Source: Delftia acidovorans NBRC 14950 (lineage in GTDB: Bacteria; Pseudomonadota; Gammaproteobacteria; Burkholderiales; Burkholderiaceae_C). From it: a DNA stretch of 32,000 bases. A model generated the notes under the pieces. The model was not told the origin of the DNA. It searched no databases and saw nothing but the letters and a program-made list of their open reading frames with translations. The stretch lies in assembly GCF_001598795.1 (NCBI RefSeq), contig NZ_BCZP01000032.1:1-32000 (forward strand), given 5' to 3'. The translations under genes and the position numbers were made by a program. This document shows, piece after piece, positions 1 to 10,015 of the stretch; position 1 is the stretch's first letter, and each line of letters opens with the position of its first letter.

Positions 1-64
1 TGCAACGGCCTTTTTTCTTGGGCGCTGCAGACGCATCGACCCCAGAAGGTCGCATCCATGGCGC

Positions 65-89
65 AAAAAAAGGGAGCCAGCGGCTCCCT
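65..89 (-). terminator. Rho-independent terminator downstream of the DUF349 gene
   Basis: Perfect 8-bp inverted repeat AGGGAGCC(71-78)/GGCTCCCT(82-89). On the minus strand it is followed by a 7-nt T run (plus-strand A run 65-71). It lies 30 nt past the stop codon at 119-121. Confidence 0.75.
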
Positions 90-118
90 TCCTGGATGAG
101 AGGATCACCTCCCACGCA

Positions 119-2773
119 TCACTTGCGCAGCAGTTGCTTGAGCACGTTCTGCAGACGGCGCGCGCTGGCATCATCGCGCGGCGATGCCAGCACCCGGGCG
201 GCATCGTTGCCCCAGGTTTCCTGCGGAGCAGGATCGTTGCGGCGCGTCAGCAGCTGCAGCTGCAGGGCACGGCGGGCGCTCAGATGTTCCGCAGGCGTGG
301 GAACGTCGGCGGCCATTTCAAGGCGCAGCAGGGCTTCGCCCGCGTCTCCCTTGGGTGCCTGACCCAAGGCCTGCGACCAGGCGCTGCGCACTTGTGCAGA
401 CACGCGGCCGCCAAGCTGTTGTGCAGCCGGCATCTGGGCAGCATCACGCGACTCCCACGCCGCCATCAACTGGGTCAGTGCCTCACCATGGGCCTGGGCC
501 GCGAGCTTGCGCAGGGCGTCCTGGGCATGCTCCATGGCTTCACGCTGGGCGCGGAAGGCGGGGTCCGCCAGGCGCGGTCCGCGCTCTTCGCGCGGCTCGC
601 GGCTGAAACGGCCACTGTCGCGGCTGTCTCGGCCATCCCGGCCGTCGCGACCACGGCCACCATCGCGGCGGTCGCCAGGACGGGCAGCACGTGCACCGCC
701 CTCTTCCTTCTTCATGCCAGGACGATCATCGCCGCGCACGGCAACCACGGGGCGCACCGGCACCGGCTTGGCTTCGGACTCTTCCGAACCCGCTGCAGCA
801 GCGGCAGGCTCCTGTGCTGGCTGGGCCGCATTCACGGAAGCATCGGCACGGCCACGCAGCGCTTGCTCCAGAGCCTCCACCGCAGCGCGGATTTGCTGCA
901 CGTCACCCGAGGTATTGGCAGCTTCCACGGCCTGCGACGCTTCCAGCACGCGGCGATCATGGTCGCTGAGTGCCACGGCTGCGGCGCGGGGGCCCCGCTC
1001 GGTGCCCTTGCGGTTGAAGGCTTCGTCCAGTGGCTTGCGGAAGGCATCCCAGAGCTTTTGCTCATGCTTGCGGTCCAGAGGCACGGCCTGCGCCTCGGCC
1101 TGCCAGCGCTGCTGCAGGGCCTTGACGGCGTCGATGCGCAGGTTGGGCGCTGCGCCCAGAGCGGTGGCTTCGTCGATCATGGCGTGGCGACGCTGCAGGC
1201 TGGCCTTTTGCGCGGCATGCAACGGAGCCTCGGCCAGGGCCATGGCCTGCTTGAACTGGGGTTGCAGTTCGGCAAACAGCTTCTCGCCGATGTGCCCGCT
1301 TTCACGCCAACGTTCAGCGAACTGGCGCAGTGCGCGCGCCGCGCCCTTGAGATCTTCGCTGGCGGACTGCTGTGCTGCCCACGCCTTGATCTCTTCGATC
1401 AGCGCCAGGCGCTGTGCCTTGGACTGGGTGGTTTCGGTGCGCAGCTTGTCGTGCCAGGATTCGACCACCTTGTGGGCCGTGTTGCAGGCTTCGTCAAACT
1501 TCTTCCACAGTGCGTGGTTGGCTGCGCTGCCCTGGTCGGCCAGCTTCCATTGCTCGCGCAGGCTGCGCAGCGATTCCTGGATCTTGCGGCCACCCAGCGC
1601 CTGGCCTTCAGGGCGGTTCAGCAGGGCTTCCGCCTTGGCAACCAGTTCCTCGCGCAGCTTGTCGGCGTTCTGGCGCGGCCAGCCTTCGGACTCGCCAGCG
1701 GCCAGAAGGGCCTCATGCACCTTGGTGACCAGTACATCGTCCACCAGGCGGCCATGGGCCTTGATGGCGGCGCGCACGGCCTGCACGGCGGCGGAACCCG
1801 CCTTGCTTTCGCCGGCAACCGTCTCAGCCTGGAGCTGCTCCAGCGCCTGGGTCAGTGCACTGCTGGCGGCAGCCACTTGCTCAGGCGATGTCTTCGCCTT
1901 GGGCTGGGCTGCGCTGCGGGCAGCGGGAGCCGGCTTGGACGGCTCGGCGGCCGCTGCCTCGGGAGGCAGGCCACGCGCCACGCGCAGCTCATCGGCCCAC
2001 ACGGGCACGGTGGGCAGCGGAGCGGCTTCGTCGGCGGCGGCAGCTTCGGTCAGCGCCAGTGCAGACTGGAAGGCATCCCAGACCAGGATCAGCTGTGCGC
2101 TGGCGGCTTCCAGCTGGGGCGGGAAACGTCCGTCCACGCTGGCCCAGTTGTCATCGCCAGTCAGTTCGCCGGCCTGCTCCTGCCAACGGGCCACGTCGGC
2201 GCGCAGGTTGTCGAGCACAGCCTGGGCATCGCGCCAGGGCTTGGTGGACAGGACCTCGATGCGCTGGGCCAGCAAAACGGCCACTTCGCGCTGGACCTGC
2301 ACGCGGTGCTGCAGCTCCTCGATGGCCTTGACACGCTCGGCCAGCTGGGCCTTGTGCTGCGACAGAGGTTCACGCGACAGCGGTGCGCCCGCCTTGGCGG
2401 CGTCGCGCTGCCAGGCGATGGCGTCGGCGGCATTGAAGGGCGATGCGACCAGCAGCGCCTGGGCCTTTTCAGCCCACTCCACTGCGATCTTTTCCTGGTC
2501 CTTGGTGCGGCGGATCTCGTCCAGGCGCTCACGCACGGCACGGGCCGCGCCCTTGTCGCGCGCGCTCAGTTCCTTGAGGACGTCCTGCAATTGCTCGACC
2601 GAAGGCTGGGTTGCCAGCCAGTCGCGGATGCGCGCGGCGCGATCACCCGAGGTTTCGGCGGAGAAGGCACCGCCCGTGAGCACATCCAAGGGGTGTTGTT
2701 CGGGATTCTTGGCAGAAGCAGGGCTCACTTCAGGTGCATCGGACATGGTGCTGCGGGGGGAAAGAGAAGACAT
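119..2773 (-). CDS. DUF349 domain-containing protein (884 aa; alternative start at 2746)
   Basis: Long alpha-helical Ala/Glu/Arg/Gln-rich protein with repeated DUF349-type units (LWKKFDEACNTAHKV, LWDAFRKPLDEAFNRK, WRESGHIG, WKLADQG). Neither candidate ATG has a clear SD, so the start is uncertain. Confidence 0.75.
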   Translation of the reverse strand: MSSLSPRSTMSDAPEVSPASAKNPEQHPLDVLTGGAFSAETSGDRAARIRDWLATQPSVEQLQDVLKELSARDKGAARAVRERLDEIRRTKDQEKIAVEWAEKAQALLVASPFNAADAIAWQRDAAKAGAPLSREPLSQHKAQLAERVKAIEELQHRVQVQREVAVLLAQRIEVLSTKPWRDAQAVLDNLRADVARWQEQAGELTGDDNWASVDGRFPPQLEAASAQLILVWDAFQSALALTEAAAADEAAPLPTVPVWADELRVARGLPPEAAAAEPSKPAPAARSAAQPKAKTSPEQVAAASSALTQALEQLQAETVAGESKAGSAAVQAVRAAIKAHGRLVDDVLVTKVHEALLAAGESEGWPRQNADKLREELVAKAEALLNRPEGQALGGRKIQESLRSLREQWKLADQGSAANHALWKKFDEACNTAHKVVESWHDKLRTETTQSKAQRLALIEEIKAWAAQQSASEDLKGAARALRQFAERWRESGHIGEKLFAELQPQFKQAMALAEAPLHAAQKASLQRRHAMIDEATALGAAPNLRIDAVKALQQRWQAEAQAVPLDRKHEQKLWDAFRKPLDEAFNRKGTERGPRAAAVALSDHDRRVLEASQAVEAANTSGDVQQIRAAVEALEQALRGRADASVNAAQPAQEPAAAAAGSEESEAKPVPVRPVVAVRGDDRPGMKKEEGGARAARPGDRRDGGRGRDGRDGRDSRDSGRFSREPREERGPRLADPAFRAQREAMEHAQDALRKLAAQAHGEALTQLMAAWESRDAAQMPAAQQLGGRVSAQVRSAWSQALGQAPKGDAGEALLRLEMAADVPTPAEHLSARRALQLQLLTRRNDPAPQETWGNDAARVLASPRDDASARRLQNVLKQLLRK

Positions 2774-2900
2774 GAATCAATCGTTGAATGTCTGGCTGCC
2801 GCGGGCCGCCAGACGCGGCCGGCCAGGCCGCATGCGGGCATGCTAGCCGGACCGGGAAAACCATATTCTCGCCGTTATTTGAAGCGGAGCCAAAACCGGG

Positions 2901-5900
2901 CTACTGCGTGGACAGGCTGAGCTGGGCGCGCGGACTCCATTCCTGGTCGTCGGAGTCCAGTTTTGGAGCCCCCAGAAACAGGCGTTCAAGCGGCAACTGC
3001 TGCTGGGCAAGGTAGTCGCGCACGGCCACGGCGCGGGCCAGCGCCAGTTCGCGCATGGCGTCGTCGGGCACGGCAATCTGCTCCAGCAGCAGATTTCGCA
3101 TCTGGTCGGTGGGCAGGTCCTTGGCCATGCCGATGACATTGCGTGGCTTGGCAAAGTCGGCGCGACTGTACAGCGCCTTGGTCAAGGCCGGCACTTCGGA
3201 GGCAGGCAACTCGGTCACGGACTCTGCCGACTTGCCATCGCGCAGCACCTGGCGGCGTTTCTGGGCGAGCAGCAGGCGATCGAGCTCCGCCTGCTTCCAG
3301 GCCTCTTTGTCCTGCGCCTCGCGCGCCTCGCCGATCACGGTGAGCTTGAGGGCCGGGCGATCCTTGAGGGAGGCAACCACCTTGTCCAGGCTCTCGCGGG
3401 CCTTGCCGTCGATCTGGGCACGCCCCGGCGCAAAGGCCACCACGCCCGATTCGCTGCTGCCCCCAAAAGCGCCCGACAGCAGCGAGAACGGCGAGGTGAT
3501 GGCCTTCATGATCAGGTTGCCAATGATCTTGAAGATGACCGGCGCCAGCCTGAATTGCGGGTCGTTGAGCGAGCCGCTGACCGGCAGGTCCAGGTCGATG
3601 ACTCCGTTGCGGTCAGCCAACAGCGCCACCGCCAGGCGCACGGGCAGCGAGGCGGGCGCGCCTTCGACGGCTTCGCCGAAGGTGAGCTGATGCAGCACCA
3701 GCTTGTTGCGCGCCGTGAGCTGGCCATCGGGCTCGATCTTGTAGTTGACGTCCATGCTGAGCTTGCCGCGCTCGATCCCGTGGCCCGCGTACTTGATGGA
3801 GTACGGCGACAGCGGGGGCAGTTCCAGGTCGCGCATCTGGGCACGTATGTCCAGGGCCAGCGGCTTGGCCAGGGGATTGACCTGGCCGGTGATCTCAAGC
3901 GAAGCCGTGCCCTGGGCGCGGCCGCGCAGTTCCACATCCGCCAGTTGCGGCGCCTGCTGGCTGGCAGGCTGCTCGGACGAGAAGGCGCTCAGGCGACCCG
4001 CCAGCTCGCTGAGGTCGGCCGAGTAGTTGGGCTGGATGAAGTAGTCGGAGAACTGCACCCTGCCGCCCGTCAGCACAATCGGCCCGATCTTGATGACGGG
4101 CCCAGGCCCGGAGGTGGCCTGCGGTGGCGCCGGTTCGGCGGAAGCCGCCGTGCCATCCGCGGCCGGCGCGGCGTTCTGCTCCAGGGACTGCTGGGACTTC
4201 GCCGATTTGACGATGTCCTGCAGGTTGATGCGCCCGTTGCGCTGCACGATGACGCGCGCAAAGAAGTCGCTGAGCGCCGTCTCGCGCACGCTCAGGCGCA
4301 GCGGCTGGGCGGGCTGCATCTGCAGGTCCAGCCCGCGCACGGCCAGCGTCTTCCAGGCCACCAGTTCATCGCGCAGGCCGAGACCCAAGGCAACCGACTG
4401 GGCCTTGGCCCGGTCGGCCGTGGACTCGCTGAGCACGGCAGCCACGGCGCCTGCCGCCGTGCGTGGCGCGCCCTGCCCTGCGGCCTCGCCCGCCGCTTGC
4501 ACGGGAGAGGCCAGCGCGGAGCGCATGCGCAGATCCACGAGCTCGACATCCCCCTGCACCGCCAGCTCGGGGCCGGCCGGTTGGCTGACAAAGCGCAGTT
4601 GTCCGAGGAAATTGCCGTCGGCACGCACCAACTCCACATTGAGCATGTCGGCAAAGTAGGGCTCCAGCGCATGCAGCGGCAGGCTGCGCGCCTGCAACTT
4701 GCCCTGAAGCGACAGCGGCGCCAGCCCCAGGTCCCCCCGCAGGCTCAGCGAGCCCGCCTGGACACGCCGGCCCGAGCCGACCTGGGCGGACAGCTCCAGC
4801 GGCGTGGGCGCGGATTTTGCGGCCAGCGGCTCGATGGCGCCCATGCGAAGGCGCAGTGAACCCAGGTCCAGCGACACGGTGCGCGCCGAATCCGCGTTGC
4901 GCACGGGCGCTTCGTCACGCAGCGCAATGGCGCCGCCATCGACCTCCACCGCCTGCAGCTTCAGGCCCCAGGGCCGGGTCTTGTCCTTGCCGGCGTCCTG
5001 CGATTCGGACGCCGAGGAGGCGGGCGGCAGCCATTGCTCGTACATCCACCGGCCCTGGGCATCGCGCAACACGGCCAGCTGCGGCTTTTGCAATGCCAAG
5101 CGGCCAACGGAGACCTGCTGACTGGCCAGATTGACCTGCACCTGCTCCAGCTGCAGGTGCGCGATATCGACGGGCGCGGCCTTGTCCTTGAGGCTCAACT
5201 GCTCCACGCCCAGCCCGGCCACCTGAACCACCATGGCGGAACCGTTCCAGCCCAGGCCTGCGTCGGTGCTCAACAGACCCGTCAGCTCGGGTCTGATATG
5301 GGCAGACAGGTACGGCGCCGCCAGTTGCAGCGGCAATTGCCGCGCGGAGATGGCCAGTTGGCCCTGCTTGTCGGTCAAGGCCCCGCTCAGCTGCAACTCG
5401 GCAGGTTTCGCCCCCTCCCCCGCCGATTCGGGCTGCACCTGCATGCTGGCAGCAAGCTGCAGCGGTTGCTCCAGGGGCCAGCGGATATCGCGCACCTGCA
5501 ACGACAGCTCGCGCGCCTGCAGCGCAGCGCCCGACTTTCCAGCGTCGGGAGCGGCATCGCGCCAGTGCACCGTGGCATTGGCAACGGACAGCCTGTCCAG
5601 GCTGACCTTCCACGGCTGGGGCGCGTCGGAGGCAGGCTTTTCCGCTGCCGGCCTGGCATCCGGGGAGGTAGCCCCCCCCATCGCCATCCAATTGATGCGG
5701 CCTTGCGCATCGCGGGCCGCAAAAATCTCGGGGGCGCTCCACTGCACGGACTCCAGCTCTGCAACCGATTGCAGCGGCTGCACGTTCTTGAGCACGGCGG
5801 CCAGGCGCTTGAAGCGCAGCAGGGGGGTGCCGTCGCGGTCGTGCAGCTCGGCGCCGGACAGGCTGACCTCCCCGGTGATGCGGACCACGGCCTGCTCGGC

Positions 5901-6719
5901 CTGCTCAAAGGAGATGTGCAGGTTGGCATCGAGCACGCCGGAACGCGGCTTGACAGGCGCGGTGACGGGCACATAGCCCAAATAAGGTGTCAGGTCCACG
6001 CCCTGCCAGTTCAGATCGACAGCGGTCTGGCGCTGCTCGGTGAAGGGCGTGCTCTGGGCGCTGGATTCAAACCGGCTGCCGTTGAGCGCAAAGGACAGGT
6101 GCGGGAGCACCTTGATCTCGCGCTTGGACTCCAGGTTGCTGATGAAAGGCAGGCGCAGCTGCAACTGCTCGAGCATGTGCTGGCGCTGCTGGACCTCGTC
6201 CTGCAATTCCACGCGGCCGTCGCGCAGCGCAATGTTGTACAGCGCAAAGCCCACGGGCCTGGAGGGCGGCGTGTCGCCGGGTTCGGCCAGCCTGGCCAGC
6301 ACATCGTCCACATCGAAATGCCCCAGGCTCTGCTGGGTCAGGCGCAGCACCGGCGCATCGACCTCGATGGCATCCAGCACCGGCGCCAGCCGAAACAGCG
6401 ACTGGATACTGGCATTGACATAGATGCGGTCGATCTGAAGCTGGGGGGACGAAGATGCAGACGGCACGGACTCCGGTGCCGCGCCTTCCGCCTGGCTCCT
6501 GGCAATGCTCAGATCCCGCAGGGTCAGCTCCAGCGACCAGGGCCGGAACTCCACTGCACCCACACGGACCTGACGGCCCAGCTTGGCCGATGCCTGCTTT
6601 TCCAGTTGACTCTTGGCCACAACGGGCACCAGCGCCCACAGCAGCAGCCACAGCAAAAGGAACGCCACAAGGGCGATGGCCAGCCTGCGCAGCCAGCGGT
6701 GCTTGAAGAGAGATTGCAT
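2901..6719 (-). CDS. DUF748 / AsmA-like large envelope protein (1272 aa)
   Basis: I chose the internal ATG at 6719 (MQSLFKHRWLRRLAIALVAFLLLWLLLWALVPVV). It gives a basic N-terminus plus one TM anchor followed by SQLEKQASAKLGRQVRVGAVEFRPWSLELTLRDLSI, typical of DUF748 proteins. The 47 upstream in-frame codons of the track ORF look non-coding. Confidence 0.75.
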   Translation of the reverse strand: MQSLFKHRWLRRLAIALVAFLLLWLLLWALVPVVAKSQLEKQASAKLGRQVRVGAVEFRPWSLELTLRDLSIARSQAEGAAPESVPSASSSPQLQIDRIYVNASIQSLFRLAPVLDAIEVDAPVLRLTQQSLGHFDVDDVLARLAEPGDTPPSRPVGFALYNIALRDGRVELQDEVQQRQHMLEQLQLRLPFISNLESKREIKVLPHLSFALNGSRFESSAQSTPFTEQRQTAVDLNWQGVDLTPYLGYVPVTAPVKPRSGVLDANLHISFEQAEQAVVRITGEVSLSGAELHDRDGTPLLRFKRLAAVLKNVQPLQSVAELESVQWSAPEIFAARDAQGRINWMAMGGATSPDARPAAEKPASDAPQPWKVSLDRLSVANATVHWRDAAPDAGKSGAALQARELSLQVRDIRWPLEQPLQLAASMQVQPESAGEGAKPAELQLSGALTDKQGQLAISARQLPLQLAAPYLSAHIRPELTGLLSTDAGLGWNGSAMVVQVAGLGVEQLSLKDKAAPVDIAHLQLEQVQVNLASQQVSVGRLALQKPQLAVLRDAQGRWMYEQWLPPASSASESQDAGKDKTRPWGLKLQAVEVDGGAIALRDEAPVRNADSARTVSLDLGSLRLRMGAIEPLAAKSAPTPLELSAQVGSGRRVQAGSLSLRGDLGLAPLSLQGKLQARSLPLHALEPYFADMLNVELVRADGNFLGQLRFVSQPAGPELAVQGDVELVDLRMRSALASPVQAAGEAAGQGAPRTAAGAVAAVLSESTADRAKAQSVALGLGLRDELVAWKTLAVRGLDLQMQPAQPLRLSVRETALSDFFARVIVQRNGRINLQDIVKSAKSQQSLEQNAAPAADGTAASAEPAPPQATSGPGPVIKIGPIVLTGGRVQFSDYFIQPNYSADLSELAGRLSAFSSEQPASQQAPQLADVELRGRAQGTASLEITGQVNPLAKPLALDIRAQMRDLELPPLSPYSIKYAGHGIERGKLSMDVNYKIEPDGQLTARNKLVLHQLTFGEAVEGAPASLPVRLAVALLADRNGVIDLDLPVSGSLNDPQFRLAPVIFKIIGNLIMKAITSPFSLLSGAFGGSSESGVVAFAPGRAQIDGKARESLDKVVASLKDRPALKLTVIGEAREAQDKEAWKQAELDRLLLAQKRRQVLRDGKSAESVTELPASEVPALTKALYSRADFAKPRNVIGMAKDLPTDQMRNLLLEQIAVPDDAMRELALARAVAVRDYLAQQQLPLERLFLGAPKLDSDDQEWSPRAQLSLSTQ

Positions 6720-6858
6720 GGGGCTCTGGTAACTAGTACAGCCCCATCCTGGGACACAGGACAGGGCAACGCTGCATTGCACCAGAAATTGGGGCGACAG
6801 CAACGGCTGGGTCCGCACCACGGCACATTTCTTGACGTTGCAGCCATCCTTGAACGAC

Positions 6859-6893
6859 AAAGCCCGGAAGCCGTGAACCGGCTTCCGGGCTTT
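6859..6893. other. Perfect 15-bp stem-loop of unknown function, terminator-like on either strand
   Basis: AAAGCCCGGAAGCCG (6859-6873), loop TGAAC, CGGCTTCCGGGCTTT (6879-6893). The minus strand continues TTTGTCGTT after the stem. It lies 140 nt upstream of the DUF748 start codon in a gene-free region. Confidence 0.5.
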
Positions 6894-7249
6894 ACGGCGG
6901 GCACAAGTCCCGACCGTTTTCCGCAGTCAAGGAGAGGATGGTCCTTGCTGCTTGGAAGCAAGAGATTGCTTCCAGGAAGGCCGCGGAAGAAGACTTGAAC
7001 CACGGTGTCCGCACTATCGAACACCACTTTTACCTGTCTTCCACCTTGGCGAGACGACTGCAGGAGCAGTCGCCTCCAATATAGAAGGACGCAGGGTCGG
7101 CCTGCCAGTGCTTTTGCATTTCATTGCAATTTCATGACGCACTCTGAAAACGGCGGAAGCGGCGTACATCGGTAGCACGCCACCCGCTCTTCAAGATCTC
7201 AAAACTGTGTTTGCATCCATGGTTTGTTATTATTCATTGATCTAAAAAG

Positions 7250-7293
7250 TTGATTTCATAGTGTTGACCGTGTATTTGGTGAACTCCTAGAAT
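7250..7293 (+). promoter_or_regulatory. AT-rich block with overlapping sigma70-like promoter candidates
   Basis: Two candidates: TTGACC(7264-7269)-18 bp-TAGAAT(7288-7293), and TTGATT(7250-7255)-17 bp-TATTTG(7273-7278). They sit in the most AT-rich stretch of the window (about 7200-7300). I cannot tell which one is used, if either. Confidence 0.35.
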
Positions 7294-7298
7294 CCGCC

Positions 7299-7321
7299 AG
7301 CGCTCGAATAGAGCGTTTTTT
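7299..7321 (+). terminator. Short stem-loop plus T6 tract, a possible intrinsic terminator or attenuator
   Basis: CGCTC(7301-7305), loop GAATA, GAGCG(7311-7315), extendable by G.T and A-T pairs, then TTTTTTGTTT. The stem is weak, and it sits immediately after the promoter-like hexamers. Confidence 0.35.
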
Positions 7322-7430
7322 GTTTCTGCTGCCTCACGACTGAGCAGATCCCGCAGGCATACAACGCAATGGCGCACCAAGCGCCAGCCTCCCGGATCCG
7401 CAGCACCCAATCCAGGGTGTCAGCCTCACC

Positions 7431-7452
7431 GGCCTTCGCTTCGGCGAAGGCC
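7431..7452 (+). other. GC-rich stem-loop with TTCG tetraloop in the slt leader
   Basis: GGCCTTCGC(7431-7439), TTCG, GCGAAGGCC(7444-7452), followed by GTTTCGGGTT. It ends 35 nt before the ATG at 7487. Confidence 0.45.
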
Positions 7453-7486
7453 GTTTCGGGTTGGTGCCCCTAGAAAGGAAAAAGCT

Positions 7487-8398
7487 ATGCCAGCGTCAGG
7501 AAAATTTTTCGCCGCCGCGCGAACGTTCGCCATCGATGTGGCCAACGGTTTTCTTGCCATCATCCACAACAGCTTCGCCCTTCTGGGCTTGGCTGTGGCC
7601 TTCATGGCCATCACTTTGTTCGCCCGCCCTGACCTGCGCGATGCCGGAGAGAGCCAGCTGCGCTCCTGGCTGACCGCTCGCCAGATGGCCGAGCTGGGTG
7701 TTCCCGTCGAACTCGCTGCCAGCGATCGGGCGACGGCGACCAACCCCAAGAACCTGCCCAAGGAGCAGGCGGCCGTGGCCTTCTGGCTCAGCAAGAAGTA
7801 CCGCGTGGCGCCCGAGCCCATCGCGGCACTGGTCAGCGAGGCCTACGACCTGGGCAAGGTCAACCGCCTGGACCCGACGCTGATCCTGGCCATCATGGCC
7901 ATCGAGTCCAGCTTCAACCCGTTTGCGCAAAGCGCTGTCGGCGCGCAGGGCCTGATGCAGGTGATGACCACGGTGCATACCGACAAGTATGAGAACTTCG
8001 GTGGCCAGAATGCTGCCTTCGACCCGGTCAGCAATCTGCGCGTGGGCGTGCGCGTGCTCAAGGAATGCATCGAGCGCGCCGGCTCCATCGAAGGAGGCCT
8101 GCGCTACTACGTGGGCGCGGCCAACCTGCCCACCGATGGTGGCTACGCCGCCAAGGTGCTGGCCGAGCACCAGCGCCTGCGCATGGCTGCCGGCCTGCGT
8201 GCCGTGCCTTTGATGACCGCCAAGGTAGATCAGCCCCGGCAGGCCGTACAGATCGCCTCCACCAAGCCGGCCACCCCCGTGGCCGAGGCCTCGGGCCCGG
8301 CAGCAGCGGCTGCGCCTGCAGCCGTGCCGGTCAGCTCGAGCAACACCTCTGCCCGCTCCGAGCAAGTGGCCCTTCAGTCCCAGGAGCCGGCGCTGTAG
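7487..8398 (+). CDS. Lytic transglycosylase (SLT domain) with N-terminal membrane anchor
   Basis: SLT catalytic signature ILAIMAIESSFNPFAQSAVGAQGLMQVM. Hydrophobic N-terminal segment FLAIIHNSFALLGLAVAFMAITLF. SD-like AAAGGAAAAAGCT directly before the ATG. Confidence 0.85.
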   Translation: MPASGKFFAAARTFAIDVANGFLAIIHNSFALLGLAVAFMAITLFARPDLRDAGESQLRSWLTARQMAELGVPVELAASDRATATNPKNLPKEQAAVAFWLSKKYRVAPEPIAALVSEAYDLGKVNRLDPTLILAIMAIESSFNPFAQSAVGAQGLMQVMTTVHTDKYENFGGQNAAFDPVSNLRVGVRVLKECIERAGSIEGGLRYYVGAANLPTDGGYAAKVLAEHQRLRMAAGLRAVPLMTAKVDQPRQAVQIASTKPATPVAEASGPAAAAAPAAVPVSSSNTSARSEQVALQSQEPAL

Positions 8399-8425
8399 CC
8401 TGACTTCCCGGCACAGTGAATGCAC

Positions 8426-8449
8426 AGCTGGCCAAGGCCAGCTTTTTTC
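8426..8449 (+). terminator. Rho-independent terminator after the slt gene
   Basis: AGCTGG(8426-8431), loop CCAAGG, CCAGCT(8438-8443), followed by a T tract to 8448. It starts 28 nt after the stop codon. Confidence 0.7.
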
Positions 8450-8537
8450 ATGCCCGATCCAACTGCAGGTGGCCCACGCAAACGCCTTCTGCAACGCCCC
8501 TGCCAGGTCTTCGGCGCCACCGGCTCAGCTACACTAG

Positions 8538-8706
8538 CGGGGTACGCAACTGGCGATAGGCGCAGCCGCTTCACGCACCGCTGCCGCTGACGTGGAAACC
8601 AGCAGAAGGCCCGAGAAGGACCACCTTCTGTGAACCACCGGGGAGCGTACCGCCCAGCCTCCATGCGCACGCGGGATCTGGAGTGTTCCGCCGTTCGCCT
8701 GGGCAG
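8538..8706 (+). promoter_or_regulatory. ZTP (pfl motif) riboswitch in the glyA leader
   Basis: Conserved ZTP elements occur in the correct order. P1 5' arm GGTACGC (8541-8547), ACTGGCG (8549-8555), GTGGAAACC...ACCACCGGGGAGC (8592-8645) and P1 3' arm GCGTACC (8645-8651) come first. After a linker comes the 3' pseudoknot sub-domain CCGCC..CGCCTGGGCA, ending at 8705. It ends 40 nt upstream of glyA, a classic ZTP-regulated gene. Confidence 0.8.
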
Positions 8707-8745
8707 CCCTTGGCCTCAAGGGAATTTCAAGTTCACAGGACTGCC

Positions 8746-9993
<1,248 letters not shown>

Positions 9994-10015
9994 GTTGCAC
10001 GCATAGAGGCCTGCC

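Noticed and set aside
1-20. GGCCTTTTTTC at the window start, possibly the 3' half of a terminator.
   Set aside because: The 5' arm of any hairpin lies outside the window, so it cannot be evaluated.
134-2920. Very long ORFs on the opposite strand or in alternative frames of recognised genes (for example 134-2920+, 3555-4859+, 5034-6998+, 7496-8494-, 8716-10134-, 15246-16829+, 17323-19008-, 20675-22159+, 22565-23983-, 26223-27434-, 27741-29792+).
   Set aside because: These are typical shadow ORFs of GC-rich DNA. Their translations are Arg/Ala/Gly/His-rich low-complexity strings with no recognisable motifs, while the partner strand encodes clear family signatures.
6992-7001. A minus-strand GGTTCAAGTC string resembling a tRNA/tmRNA T-loop.
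   Set aside because: The flanking bases (CGTGG ... TTCTT) cannot form a T stem, and I could not build an acceptor or anticodon arm around it.
6938-7084. A 48-codon ORF (MVLAAWKQEIASRKAAEEDLNHG...) preceded by AAGGAGAGG.
   Set aside because: The SD is only 3 nt from the ATG. Codon usage is rich in A/T-ending and rare codons (ctt, caa, att, agg, aga, ata), unlike genuine genes in this window. It is more likely part of a structured non-coding region.
7090-7108. A TGGCA...TGC string on the minus strand resembling a sigma-54 -24/-12 promoter.
   Set aside because: The GG-to-GC spacing is two nucleotides longer than the consensus TGGCAC-N5-TTGC, and no enhancer-binding-protein context is present.
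7369-7473. A 34-codon ORF (MAHQAPASRIRSTQSRVSASPAFASAKAVSGWCP) just upstream of slt.
   Set aside because: There is no SD and no recognisable peptide features, and it overlaps the GC hairpin at 7431-7452. Such an ORF could arise by chance in GC-rich sequence.
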